The notes under the pieces: model-generated
Seen by the model: the letters and a program-made list of their open reading frames with translations, nothing else
Told to the model about the DNA's origin: nothing
Databases searched by the model: none
Translations under genes and position numbers: made by a program
Source: the human T2T-CHM13v2.0 reference genome, Homo sapiens
Assembly: GCF_009914755.1 (NCBI RefSeq)
Contig: NC_060930.1
Direction: 5' to 3' (one strand)
Length of the DNA: 64,000 nucleotides
Shown: positions 26,758 to 40,540 of the stretch, piece by piece
Layout of the letters: each line of letters begins with the position of its first letter
Numbering within the stretch: position 1 is the stretch's first letter

Positions 26758-29649
26758 AAAAGAAATTACCTATGGATTACTTTTAAGACTATTAGAAATC
26801 TATTATCAAGGTATTGTTTTAACCTATTTGTTAATTTAGTATGTATTTTTGGAGTTTCATAAATAATAGCTTATCTTTTATCTGAGGAGTAATAATTTTA
26901 TCACTTAAAAAACAGTCTTACCAAAACCAAGCTTATATTTAGAGGAGATTTTTGATACATTTTATAGAAATATTTGTGATTGAATTTCTGAATAGATATT
27001 AAACATTTTTATTTTTCATCCACATTACTTTGCCAGATGAGGTCTGGTTTCCTTCTCCCATCTCTCCACTTCTCTCCCTTGAGCTAAAGGAATACAACTT
27101 GACTCAGCTTCCTCAGGTCTTACCCCATTTCCAGACCTGTGATTTTAAGCACAACTGAACATTTTCTGAAGGAATTATGTATGTCTGTGTGTAAAATATA
27201 AGGCTTTGCAGATGTTGCTGGCCACAGTTATGCAGCTGTAAAGAGTTTATTAATTATGAACTGTAAGTAGATTGTTCTGTAATTGAAACTTTCTGGGCTT
27301 TAACATTGTTGTAAAATCTACATACAAACGTAGTTAAGAATTCTAATGAATGCTGTTATTTTATTTATTGCAGATGAATATTCATCTTAATTCAGGCAAA
27401 GCCAGTCTGTTTCCATAGGAGCTTTCAAATATTTGTGTCATATTAATATCTATGTTTCTATAAGGCAAAGGGGAAAGCACAGCTTATAGAAATAGTACTC
27501 CCACTGCTCAAAGAACTGACCTCATCTGGGATGGACAGATCCAGAATCTGTGTTTTAATCCTATTGACTATGCCTCAGTGGGAATAATTACAAAAGTCTG
27601 CCTAAAATACAGACCTCCTGTCACTAATATTCTATGATTTTTCACGTTGAGAATGAACAGCGAGCAGGGAGGATAAAAACAACATGATGTAATGAGTACA
27701 TTATGGTTTGTGGAACAACATCCCTATCACCCTGGAACTAACATGCAAGAGTTTAGAAAAGACAGCATGCAGAATATAAAGTTTTTCATAACAGGTACTT
27801 AAGTGCTCGATGATAACATGGGGATTTTTAAAACTAACAAGAAAAACTCATTTCAAGGCATTTTACGTGTGTGTTTGTTATTAATTTGTGTTATTTAATT
27901 ATTTGATGTTTTATTAATAACATATAGTGGAAAAGAAAAACATGTAAAATAAGAAGCTTTAAAAAGTTTCGTTTCTAAAGTTTAGAATGTAAAATGAAAT
28001 AAAACAAAGCATTATGTGAACACATCTTTACTTAAATTTTCAGCTTAGAATATGTTAAGAATCTGGTTGAGGTCTGGAGTTATGACTCTTTATTTCATCA
28101 AATGATCACTATAATTCTGATGTCATTATCCAAATGATAAAAAAGAAAAAAAAAGTCAAGTTAGAATATTCTAGTATTATTTTTGTCTTGTTATGTATTC
28201 TACTTTATAAATACGAGCCTGTGTTGAAGAGGTAATATGATACAGTGAAAGAGATTCAGATTTTAATTCAAAGGATCTATGTTCAAATACACTCCACCAT
28301 TTACTAGCATACAATTGGGGCAAAGCCACTTCACATTAGGCTTCTACTTCCTTATTTCCTTGTTAACTCTAACGTGCTACAGACATAGTAGTTTTTATTT
28401 ATATTTCTATCTGCAAATGATTGTTTATAACAAGAACACAGTAATGAAATGTCTAGCTGCTAAACTACCTTCCAATTGTTTTAATTGAAATGCTGTCTTT
28501 AAAAAATGCATGTTTCTACCATCATCAGCCTAACCGCCCCTACAAATATACCATATAGAAACATACAGTACACCCACTTAGTCTTTCAGAGATGCCTTAG
28601 CAAGCAACAGTGTTAAAAAACAGGTTCTACAGGGGCTGTCCTGCATCCACACGGCACCCCTGATGGTGTCTGATTCTTGTCAGAGATCCGTCTGCCAACC
28701 GGTTTACCTCTCGCTTTCACCGTGCCATTGTTGCTGAACCTTGTCTGTGTTTCCGAAGATGTGCACATTCATTTTGGTTCATGCAGGTAAGTATCCAGAA
28801 ATAGAATTTTTAAGTCATGTAAATTATTAAAAAGAATCAACTTGTGCAAAAAAGGAAAGATTCAAAATGAAATGCAAACCCTTCTGGATGTCACTCAATA
28901 ATGTCCTCATAGGTTTACTCTGAGAGTTCACCCCATAGATTAAAAAAAATGAACTATGAAATCTCAGGATCTAGTAGCTGGACAGGAAAAGCAGTAAAAT
29001 AAAGTACTTTTAGTTCTAATTCAAGTCTGTGACAAAACAGTATTATTCTGGGGTTCCCATGGACTAAAAATACTTAAATTAGAGGAAGTTAGCTTAATAA
29101 ACTCAAACATTAAATTATTTATTTGTAGGAACTTAAAAGTCTGGCTTATTTGTGACACAGCACCATTTTATTCTACTAAAAATCTTCTTTGAGGACATGT
29201 CTTTATGAACAAGAGGCAACAATTAGGAGAGTTCTTACCCCACAATTAGTGTTTGGAAGATTTCAGACAGGAGGCACAATTTTCAATAGCATTTATGCCA
29301 CTGCCAAGTTTATTTTCAAATTGTTCTCATATTTACTAAAGTATCATAAATTTTGCACATCAGTTTTATTATACATTCTCATTATGAAAACCTACTGAGA
29401 AAGGTCAGAGAGTGTAGGCTCTATGTTAAAAAATATGAGTGATAATTCCCCTTTTTAAGTAACATTACATTTGCTGTTACATAATTTTAACACATTTTTC
29501 AAAAGATAAAATTCATATTTTGAATGATAGACATTGTCAGTCTCACTATATAAGGTCTCACTTCAATGATCCTAAAGAGGTAGGATGGCTTGTTCTTTAT
29601 ATCAATTATAAGACTGTTAGAACACACACACACACAAATTATAAGACTG

Positions 29650-29845
29650 GCTGCTCTCCTAGTACGTATTCACTGTGTGGTCTTTACAAATTTGCTCAAG
29701 TTCTGAGTCCAGTTTTCCCATATATAAAATAGAGAAAATAATAATAAGACTATCTTATAAGATTGTTATGAATTACAGTGCATAGTTCACGTGAAGAACT
29801 TAGTATGCTGCCTGGCATAGACTAAGCACTCAATAATTAGTTAAG
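29650..29845 (+). mobile_element. MIR
   Basis: 'ctgtgtgg..cagttttcccatatataaaat..ataata..gattgttatga..gcctggcatagactaagcactcaataa'. Confidence 0.7.
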
Positions 29846-31184
29846 TACTGTGACTATTTTACAATGTCAATTTCCAAGCAAAGTTTTGATCCCACTGTAG
29901 TTTCTACCCCAGACAACCTCTGAACCACTTTCCCTATTCCCAAATGTGTAAGCAAATAAGAAATACAAATTAGTTATTAACCAAATATAGCCCAGTATTC
30001 ATTCCTCGACCAAATTATTATTATTTGCATACTGTGTATCTATTACTGTGTCAGGCAGGCAATGTACCAAAAAGGTATATCAGCTAAAAAGACAAATAAT
30101 GAGGATCTCTAAACACTACATTATCCTTTTGACCACTGGCTTCAAATGGTATGGATAATCAGTTGATTATGAGCTTAAGCTAATTAAATTTCTGATATTT
30201 AATAGTAAATTACTTATATAAATTATAAACATTGTACCTTAACTTGTATCTTTTACAGCATGCCCAATTATCTCCTATTTCAGAGGTGACTATAAATTCT
30301 GAAGTCACCTTTCCTGCCAAAGCTGTAGCATTTCATCAATGTGAAATGAGAAAACTACTCAGCACAGGTAGACATGCAGGAAGTGTGCAGGGACACATTA
30401 TTGACCAATTTTATATATAAACTGGAGAGCTATCTGTGGCAGTTATTGGCTTGATTTTCAATGAGGCTAATGAAGGATCTGGCAATATAAGAATATTCTA
30501 TAAGGTCAGGTTACTTCAAGTTAATAAAAATTGCAACTTTAGTCCAATTCGAAGGATTAAAATTGGACTATCTTGTGAGTGGCTTGTCAATAATTAATTT
30601 TTCTCCCATAATATATTTAAATCTATATATTTGTGGTGCAAGCCTTGAAAAATCCACAGCTAAAAAGAAGATAATTAATTTCATCTTAATTTCCTAAAAT
30701 AAAGAGCTATACTTCTATGCAAAGCAGTCCAAGACATGGGCTTTTCACTATCAGTTTTCTGCGATAATTTTAAAAATGATTAAAGCAAAATTGTCAGTTA
30801 AAGCAATCGTTCTAGCTGTTTGGTGAAGACTCTGTTTCCTTATTTAGTCAGTTATAAAATGTGGATCAATACTAAGTCTTGTGAAGCAAATAACCCTAAA
30901 GCAGGTTAAGGCAGTTTGAACATGTGGGGAGGTAAATAATCATTTCTGTTATGTCAGTGGAAAATTTTCTGGAGATCATAAAGAAATCAGTTTACCCTGA
31001 AGCATGACATATTAAATGGATGCGTCAGGACAATGAGTGTATTCACTCAATCCTTAATTCTTAGAAATAAAAGAAAATAACAAGCAGAATAAATGCTTAG
31101 AAAAATGTTGTTGAGCTCAATCCTTTCTTTTTTAAAAAAAAGAGCTGGCAAAGAAAAAGAAAGAAAAGAAAAGAAAAATAAAGG

Positions 31185-31185
<1 letters not shown>

Positions 31186-31216
<31 letters not shown>
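31186..31216. repeat. (CA)n microsatellite
   Basis: About 15 CA units following an A-rich (GAAAA)n tract. Confidence 0.95.
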
Positions 31217-31222
<6 letters not shown>

Positions 31223-32862
31223 GATACATAGAATTTTTAGAAATAAACTAGTAAGAATTCTGACTGTATTTTCATACTTTCTACTCCTTCATAAGAGAAA
31301 ACCAGTTAATTAATTGCTGATTTTTACCTCCACACCCAAGTAAATAATTTGCCACATCTCTTTGTATCCATTATCCTACTAACTTTGCATCCATAGAATT
31401 TTGCAAAAAGACAACGTAGCCAGTAGCAGAATATCATTTAATTGTCTGTTAAAACAAACTCTGCAGAAAAAGTAGCTACATATGTAAAGAATAACCCTAT
31501 ATAGTTTCATTCTTTTTAAAAGAGCAACATCCATTCTTCATGAATCAGTTAAACGCTTTGCCTCCTCCATCTTTTCTGAGCTCTTAAGGCTACTTAGGAG
31601 AACAGTTTCACTCAATACAACATACCACCACTATGTCATTCACACTGCCATAATTATTTCTTTATGCATGTGTCCTCTAACTCACCGTGAAACCCTCAAG
31701 TTCAGGGATTATAATATATGTATCCATGGATTCCCAAAGCCTAGCACAATGTCCAGCACATAGCAGGAGGTTAATCTATGTTTATTGAATGGACGAATGA
31801 AGGAATCTTATCCATCCTCCAGCATTATGCATCTGGTGACACCATCCCACTTACCAAAGGTTAATTCACTGACACCACTTAGTAAATTTTTCATAGTCAT
31901 CAGAGCAATAGGACTGATGTGGCACATTCTTAGTAGAGGGGAGTGCAGCCTTGGCTACAGAAGTAAGGAGAGACACTTCACTGGCTTTCAGTCTTTAAGT
32001 CTCCCTGTTATGCTGCACAGGGAGACAACTGCACAGCCATGTTTAGACTAATACTTTAGATGATTTTAACATGATTCTGTAAGCATCCTTAATACAGTAA
32101 CAACAAAAAGTATACGAATGAAATTAAAAGCATTTTAGGAGCATATAATTGAATACCTTCTCTGAACACAGGGGAGAAAAGGTCCAAGAGAAGGAAAACA
32201 ACTAAGCTGAGAATTATAAGTTATAACAAAACTATCATTTCAGGGTTGTTTCCAAGGCAAAAATTTAAAGAATAATAGTTTTTTCCTGCTCTGGATTATT
32301 TAAGAAACTATCTTTCTTTAAATACATGACCTACCCAAACCCAAAAAAGTAATATTCTAGTTTTAGATTACTGAGAATTGCCATACAGTAAGTACACAAT
32401 ACTTTCATTTCTGTTGGTAATTTGGAACTAGACAGGCCACTATTAAAATAAATTCTAATAATTAACATTTCTATTGGAAAACAGAAATATCACTGATTCT
32501 TATGAAAAATAATTTCAATTTATTTCTTACTGGCTCTCTTTTAAATATTTAAACAATTGTAGAGTAAGCAAAAACACTGATTTAAAAACAATGGGATATT
32601 ACATCTTTTGTTTTCTTTTATTATGAGCATAAATACACATATATATTCACACACCCTTCTGTACATTTGGTTTCCTATTACATTTCATATGTCTCTAAGA
32701 CATACTAATTCATTTGATTTATGACCTATGGAGGGGCACGACAAAACTAAAGGTGAAAACTTATTTATATGTACATATACTACTTTACATTTTTCAAGTT
32801 ATAAACTAGGCAAAACTGTAAAGTACCTTAATATTCAGAGTGAACTCAGAAAAAGCACAGTC

Positions 32863-33519
<657 letters not shown>

Positions 33520-36500
33520 TAATGACAAGCGCTACAAAGTATTAGACTCAACACCTATGTGTGCATATATTTCAATCTGAAAGAATTTAGAAATTTAGAA
33601 GTGAAGTACTGTTTTCTCATAGGAAATGATGATAAAGTAAATGTATACATTTCCAAATAAAAATGCATTGAAAGTTCTTACAAAGGAAATGAAAAACTAG
33701 AATATAATGATTGATTCTACCTCTATATTAATGGTGCTATAAACGAATATGTATAGAGAGCTGATGGTACATTACATCTTCCTAATTAATTAGTATACAT
33801 CATCCCAAAACCTGACTAAAGATTTGAAAATGTCAATTTATACTAACCAGAACACCAGAAATAAGGAAGGGAAAAAATCAGTTCAAAGATTGCACCCAAA
33901 TGAAGTGGTTAAGAACATACAGGATAAAAGCAGATGACAGATTGTGAAGACATACTGTCACAGATGGATACCAGGTGGAATGGATCAGACAATATTTTTA
34001 GAATCAATTTTTTTTCAACATTTAAGTTAAATTACCCTTTTGGGTAAATGTTCAAAAGACTGATAAGAAAACTAGTTTTACATGCATCTAAATAAACAGA
34101 ATATCTAAAAGCTAAGGGGTGAATGATTTATCTTTATATTACTTAGGAATAATCAAGCATTGTATAAGAACTTATTAAATAAACATTTGTGAGTGGATGA
34201 ACACCAATGATAAAGGAGGTATCTGATGCTTGAACATTTCCTTTATGCTTTCATTTCATTTCACCATAATGAGCATACTACCTATGGCGCAGCAAAACAA
34301 AGGGTAATACTTGCCAAATATCAGCAATTACAGAAAGGGGAGTTACAACCTTATAAGAGTATGACTATTCCTTTTGCCATTTTTCAACATGATTATTTTG
34401 CAGTTTAAGTTAGCAGCTGTTTAAATAAGAGGCTAGAAAGTGAATCTTCTCATGCTACAGATGTTAAAAGATAATGTCTAGACATAGAATCAATAAGGTT
34501 TTAAGGTTTTTGATTTTCCCAGACTGAAATCCTACTCTTATCATATATTAGTGTTGAATGCTATAAAATATTTCACAAAGTTAGAATTTAGAGAAAACAA
34601 TTTTTAGCAAGATAAGATGCATTGCTTTTTGATTGTTATTTCCATTACATCTTTGCTTTATAAATTTTCCTTCTAAGTTATGGCCTCAAATGGCATAGGT
34701 TGTCCAAACTTTTAAATAGTTTTCTGTTTGTTGATGAAATGTGTTGAGTGACTAACTCAAAAGCATTGTGCTTGCAGCTATAACAGCCTAAGTGCTATTC
34801 AATATGGTTAAACATTCCACTTTTCACATGAAAAATATAATAGTTAAGTTTATACATTGGCTTTGCCTTAATATCTATATCATGATTTCATTAATTTTTT
34901 AGTAAATTACTTCTTCCACTACCTTTTTAAACAAAATTATACTAAAAGGAGATGGAGAATTCTGAAAATGTAGTACTTCCTTCTGAATTATGGTATATAC
35001 TCTTACAATTTAGAGTGCATATGTCTTCAACAATTGTCAAAATAGTTGTCTGGATTAAAATACATACATTTTCTGTTCAAATATTTAATTGTGATACATG
35101 ATTATATAACAGAAGATATATTTGTATTTTGACATATAGTCAATAATTATAGTAATATATCTTTGGAATTAACAGCTAGAAACCACTAGTTCTCTTTATA
35201 TTATATTTAATTTTATTAAAATAATCACAAATTCTACTTTATTGCTTCAATATCAAAAGGGAAAAATTACAAAGTTAACAGACATCTCCAAGAGCAATAA
35301 TTCTTGACCTTTTCTTAAAATCTAAATGTTCTGTGTAAAGTAATTGTTCAATAACTTGGTCATGTGAAAAAAAGACTTGAGTCAAGAACAGAAGCCCTGA
35401 CTTCTTAGAAATGGTGAATTCCATAAGGCAGGTCAGGGAAACTTGCGTGTAATTTAGTACTTTTACACTGCATTTCTTATATTCAATATCATTTGTGAAA
35501 ATTGTATGCAATAGGTTCTCACTCTTGCCATTGACTTCTACTCATGATTCTCTGGAATCTGATATTTCATGGTTTTGCCAGTTGTTTACCATATAGGATT
35601 ATCACACAGTATTATGTGAGACAGTTTAATTAGAGAGCTTAGATGATGGTATCAAGATTAGTAGTATTTTTAGCTCTCATGATTCACCAATATCTCCAAA
35701 GCTATTTCTGTAGAATGACAAAGGTTTATGCTCTATTTGTCACTCTTCTTTTTTTTTTCTGGTGTATTCTCTTTCGAATAATCACAAGCTTAACATAAGT
35801 GTGCCATTTACTAATGGATTAGTATATTGTTACATGTTTTACAAAAGGTAAAAAAAAAATCACTTCAAAGCTCATTTGACATATACTAGTACATAAAGGA
35901 ATAAAGGCTTTCACAATATACCTCATGTTTCATAAATACATCAATTAATTTTCAGAGAAATAAAGCATAACACTACATAAATAAAAATGTATAACATGTC
36001 AGAAGAATTATTAAGAATGTAACAGAATATTAAATTCCTAACCAACAGAGAGCCTCAAAATAACATGAAGTCGCACTAGAGGTATTTAACCAGAGCTTTT
36101 AAAAAAAATATTCAGGTCAAATCTAGAGATAGTTCTATGAAGGAGTACACTATGTAGTGCTAACTCCCTGAAGAGAGTCATTACAGGTATATTTGCTAAA
36201 TTTCTAAAACACGTCACCTCCTTAGTGAAGCCATATCTGACCTCTGGGTTAGGTAATTGAGTCCCTCATCTGTCTTCCCACTCCTCTATTTTAGCACTAC
36301 AGACAAGAATAGAGATATGAATTTATATACATAGACAAATACTCTATGTTTCTATCTCTCTATCATCTATCTGTCTCATGCTGAGTACATTATACCCTCA
36401 CTAAAATCTTGCAAGATCATATTTTTCTAACTAAATGTAGAAGTGTCAAATATATTACCTTTATATTTCACAGTTTAATCATTTTAAGTCTTCCTTTTAA

Positions 36501-36639
36501 GTGTCATGCCTTACTAGCGAACCTTTGACACTGCCAAATATGTTGTGGTTTTATGTATATTTATAGTCATTGTAATTTTATTTGCCAAAATACAAGAAAC
36601 TTGTATCTGTGAATGCATATGGATGGTTAAGAAAATAAT

Positions 36640-36900
36640 TAAACAACAGTGGAGACTAGTCGCTCAGACTGCTGGCTATGGAGCCAAACACCTTGAGTTC
36701 AACTCCTGAGTTCAAGTGCTAGAACCATCATTAGATCACCAATAGGAAACTGCCTTGGTTTCCTCATCTGTAATACAGGAATAATAGTGACACTTTCCTA
36801 ATAGGATCACTATGAGGATTAAATTAAAGAACAATGTAAGAGTGTTTGGCACACAGTAAGTAATTTACACATATCAGTTAATATTATCATCATAATTATT
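36640..36900 (+). mobile_element. MIR
   Basis: 'tgccttggtttcctcatctgtaa..ataatagt..tgaggattaaat..tggcacacagtaag'. Confidence 0.75.
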
Positions 36901-37332
36901 ATAACATAGTGAAGAATATCATTTCAAAAAAGATAATATTGCTTCCTCCATAACATACAAAAATTTCTGAATAGTTTTTAACATTTTTGCAATCTGTTTA
37001 ACTGCCTCATTATATAAACCATGTAACTAAATGTCTGAAAGTTTCAACTTAGAAATTCCTTTAATAATTTCAACAAGTAAGGAAACAATGTATACTGGAT
37101 CCTTGAAAATAATATCATTAAAAAATATTCATTTGAAAATAAGCCTGTTTTCCTTCTGTTATTGATCTCCATAAACTTACTTTGTTTAGCATGTTATTTT
37201 GGTAGAAGTACAACTCTACCCTCCACTCTATAATGGAAGAAAGTATGCCAAACTCATGTTCCAATATGTGTAACTTGAAATGTAAAACCAAACAACAAAA
37301 ACAACTTAACAAGACTGATAAAAACTCAGAGA

Positions 37333-37606
<274 letters not shown>

Positions 37607-38147
37607 CTCCAAGATTTGGAAGCCTGAATTAAAAAAAAAAAACAAACTCCTAATAGGCAGCTAGTATAGATAAAAAATTCACTAATCAAAAAAGTAATGA
37701 AAAAAGAATAGAGTTCTGTGAAAATATAACTTACATTTGAAGTCAGTTCATGCTTTTTCTTTGCTACCCTAAACAGTGATGTAAGTCTCTATACACAATT
37801 TGCTGTTAATCTGCTTCCCACCTAACCTAAGGAATCTGACAATTTTTCTTCTGAAGGCAACTAAGAAAAACAAAAGCTCCCATTTTCCTCATTCATGATC
37901 ACAAAAGGAAAATATTTTAGAATTTCTTCCATTGTTATTTCTCCTATCCAGTGGGTCCACAGAACATTCATTATAAAAGATTTATGCCATGTGGACATGG
38001 CAGAAGATAGTCAGAAGGAGGTGGGGGTTGGTCATCTCATCATTAATGAGTCTGAAAATAATCAAGAGAGGAAGAGAGAGGGCACACTGCTATACTGTCA
38101 CCAGTAATTATCAGGGGACACATTTTTTTGTGTGGGGTTTCATTTTC

Positions 38148-38485
<338 letters not shown>

Positions 38486-39075
38486 TGACATGAATTCTTT
38501 GAGAACATAACTGATCATCATGATATATGAGAACAGAAGCAGAAGATGCTTCTTCCAACTACTGAAATACATGTAGCTGATTGTCTGGAAAATCGTGTCC
38601 TTCCCTTATAAAATAACATTTAATGTCTTCCGTATCAATGTATTTGAACAAAAATAAAGTAGATTGTATGCATAAATGCATACCCTGTAACGGAAGCCCC
38701 ACATTTGAGGAAATGTAAGAGCTTTTTGACTCCTCAGCCCTGGGCTTCAAGTTAAAGATTTGGGCAGACTCAGGTGCTTTCTCCTTCCATCTCTGAGGAA
38801 GACCCTCAAAACATAAATTAATTGTCTTTCTTTTCTTAAGTTCTCATCACCTACTCTATTGCTCGGATGTCTATGTTTCCTGAGACAAGCAGCATTGCAT
38901 CCCTAGCGTTCCGCATTCCTGGAAGTATCTGAAAGTAATCACCTTGATGCTTTACATTTTACATATAACCACCATGAGGAAATCAAAGATCCATAAAAAA
39001 TTTACATGATAATTACAAGGCTCCAACACTTTACAAATTTTCTTATCTATGGAATATAATTTCTAACTCTCCAGT

Positions 39076-39288
39076 GCAATAGTTTTCAAATGAAGGTGAT
39101 TCTGCCCTGTAGGAAACATTTGCCAATATCTGCAGACACTTTCCATGATCATAACTGGGTGTGGAGGAGGTCTGTTACTGGTATCTAGTTGGTAGACATC
39201 AAGCATGCTGCTAAACATCCTATATGCCTTCCATAACAAAGAATGATCCTGTACAAAATGTCAATAGTGCTACTGTTGAGAAATTCTG
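39076..39288 (+). mobile_element. MER20 (hAT-Charlie)
   Basis: 'ggtgattctgccc..acatttgccaatatctg.agaca..ctggtatctagt.ggtaga..atgctgctaaacatccta..caaaatgtcaatagtgc..gttgagaaa'. Confidence 0.8.
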
Positions 39289-39849
39289 TTTTAATACAAA
39301 CAGGTATCAGTTTTACTTCTAGGCTCCAGGTATGTCCTTGTAATAGAGCCCATCCTAACTAAACAAAATAAATAATGGTTATTGCTAGTTTTTTTTTCAA
39401 AATATTTAAACAAAAAAAACCATAATTTCATTAGAAAAGTTAGTTTCATCCTTTAAAATATTAGGTTTTCTTCAAAGTTCCCTAGATGATTTGCTTGGAA
39501 ATTAACTTTGAAATAATTCTGTAAAATAAGAAAAAAGCTTTGAAAAACTAAAAAAAAAAAATGTGCTACATAGATTTAAGTTGACAGAACTATTGTTATT
39601 TCCACCATCCCTTATCTTATATCAGTGTCCCTATTTCAAATTTCAAAAGGAAAACCAGAAGAAAATCTCCCTCCAAATTTGTCATTCCTTTAACAGCAGA
39701 AAACTTAAAAGTTTCTACTTTCTTCTACCTCTCATATCAATGTAATCAATTCCTGTTTGTTATTCTTTTGACCCTCTCATAACAGTAACTCTGTGTCAAA
39801 TCGTTATCATACTTCACCTCATTCAGGATCCTACATTCCTGATTTGTTT

Positions 39850-40540
39850 CAGTCATTCGCTAATTCATTCAAGAAATATTCTGGGTACTTCTTATGTTCT
39901 TATTATGCTAAGAACTAGACCCCTTGTAGGAAGAAAAACAGACACAGTTCCTGCCCTCATAGACCTCTCAGTTTGTAGAAAGCCAATAATAAATTAAACC
40001 ATTCTAATAAAGCATTAGGTGTTATGAAAGGAGATCACTGTAGAAACATGGACAGTTGGTGTCTTTGGTATAACTGAAACCTGCAGAAAATGTAAGAGAT
40101 ATTCAAGAGACTGGAAAGAGACAATTCATAGGCAAATAACTAATAGAGAGGAAAAAGATCATGGCACATCTAAGGCAATGATCATGGTGCCTTGAGGCAA
40201 TGTCAAAGTGGCTGAAGTGCCAAATACAAGTGGAAGAGAGGCAAAGGTCAGAGCTGAAAAGAGAGACAGGAAAAGGAGGTAAGATGTTGTTTTTTCTAAG
40301 AGGAAAAGAAAGCTACTGAAGGGATTTTAAAAGATAGTGTTATGATAAGACTTGCATTTGGAAAGATTACTGTAGCCATGATGGATTAGCAAGAGGCAGA
40401 AAACTAACGGGAGGGCTTCGGTGGTAATGCAAGATGACATGTAAGAAGATGACGGCAGACTGAGGCAGTATGCATCAATTAGTTTAGCGGGAACTGGACA
40501 TCGAGAAAATCTTTGAGAAGGGAAATCAAGAGATGTTTAA
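39850..40540 (-). mobile_element. L2 3' fragment
   Basis: 'cattcaagaaatatt..tactt..gacacagttcctgccctcatag..' followed by a purine-rich L2 body. Boundaries are approximate. Confidence 0.55.

Noticed and set aside
38500-38930. LTR-like GC-richer segment
   Set aside because: Could be an ancient LTR, but I could not assign a family or boundaries by eye.
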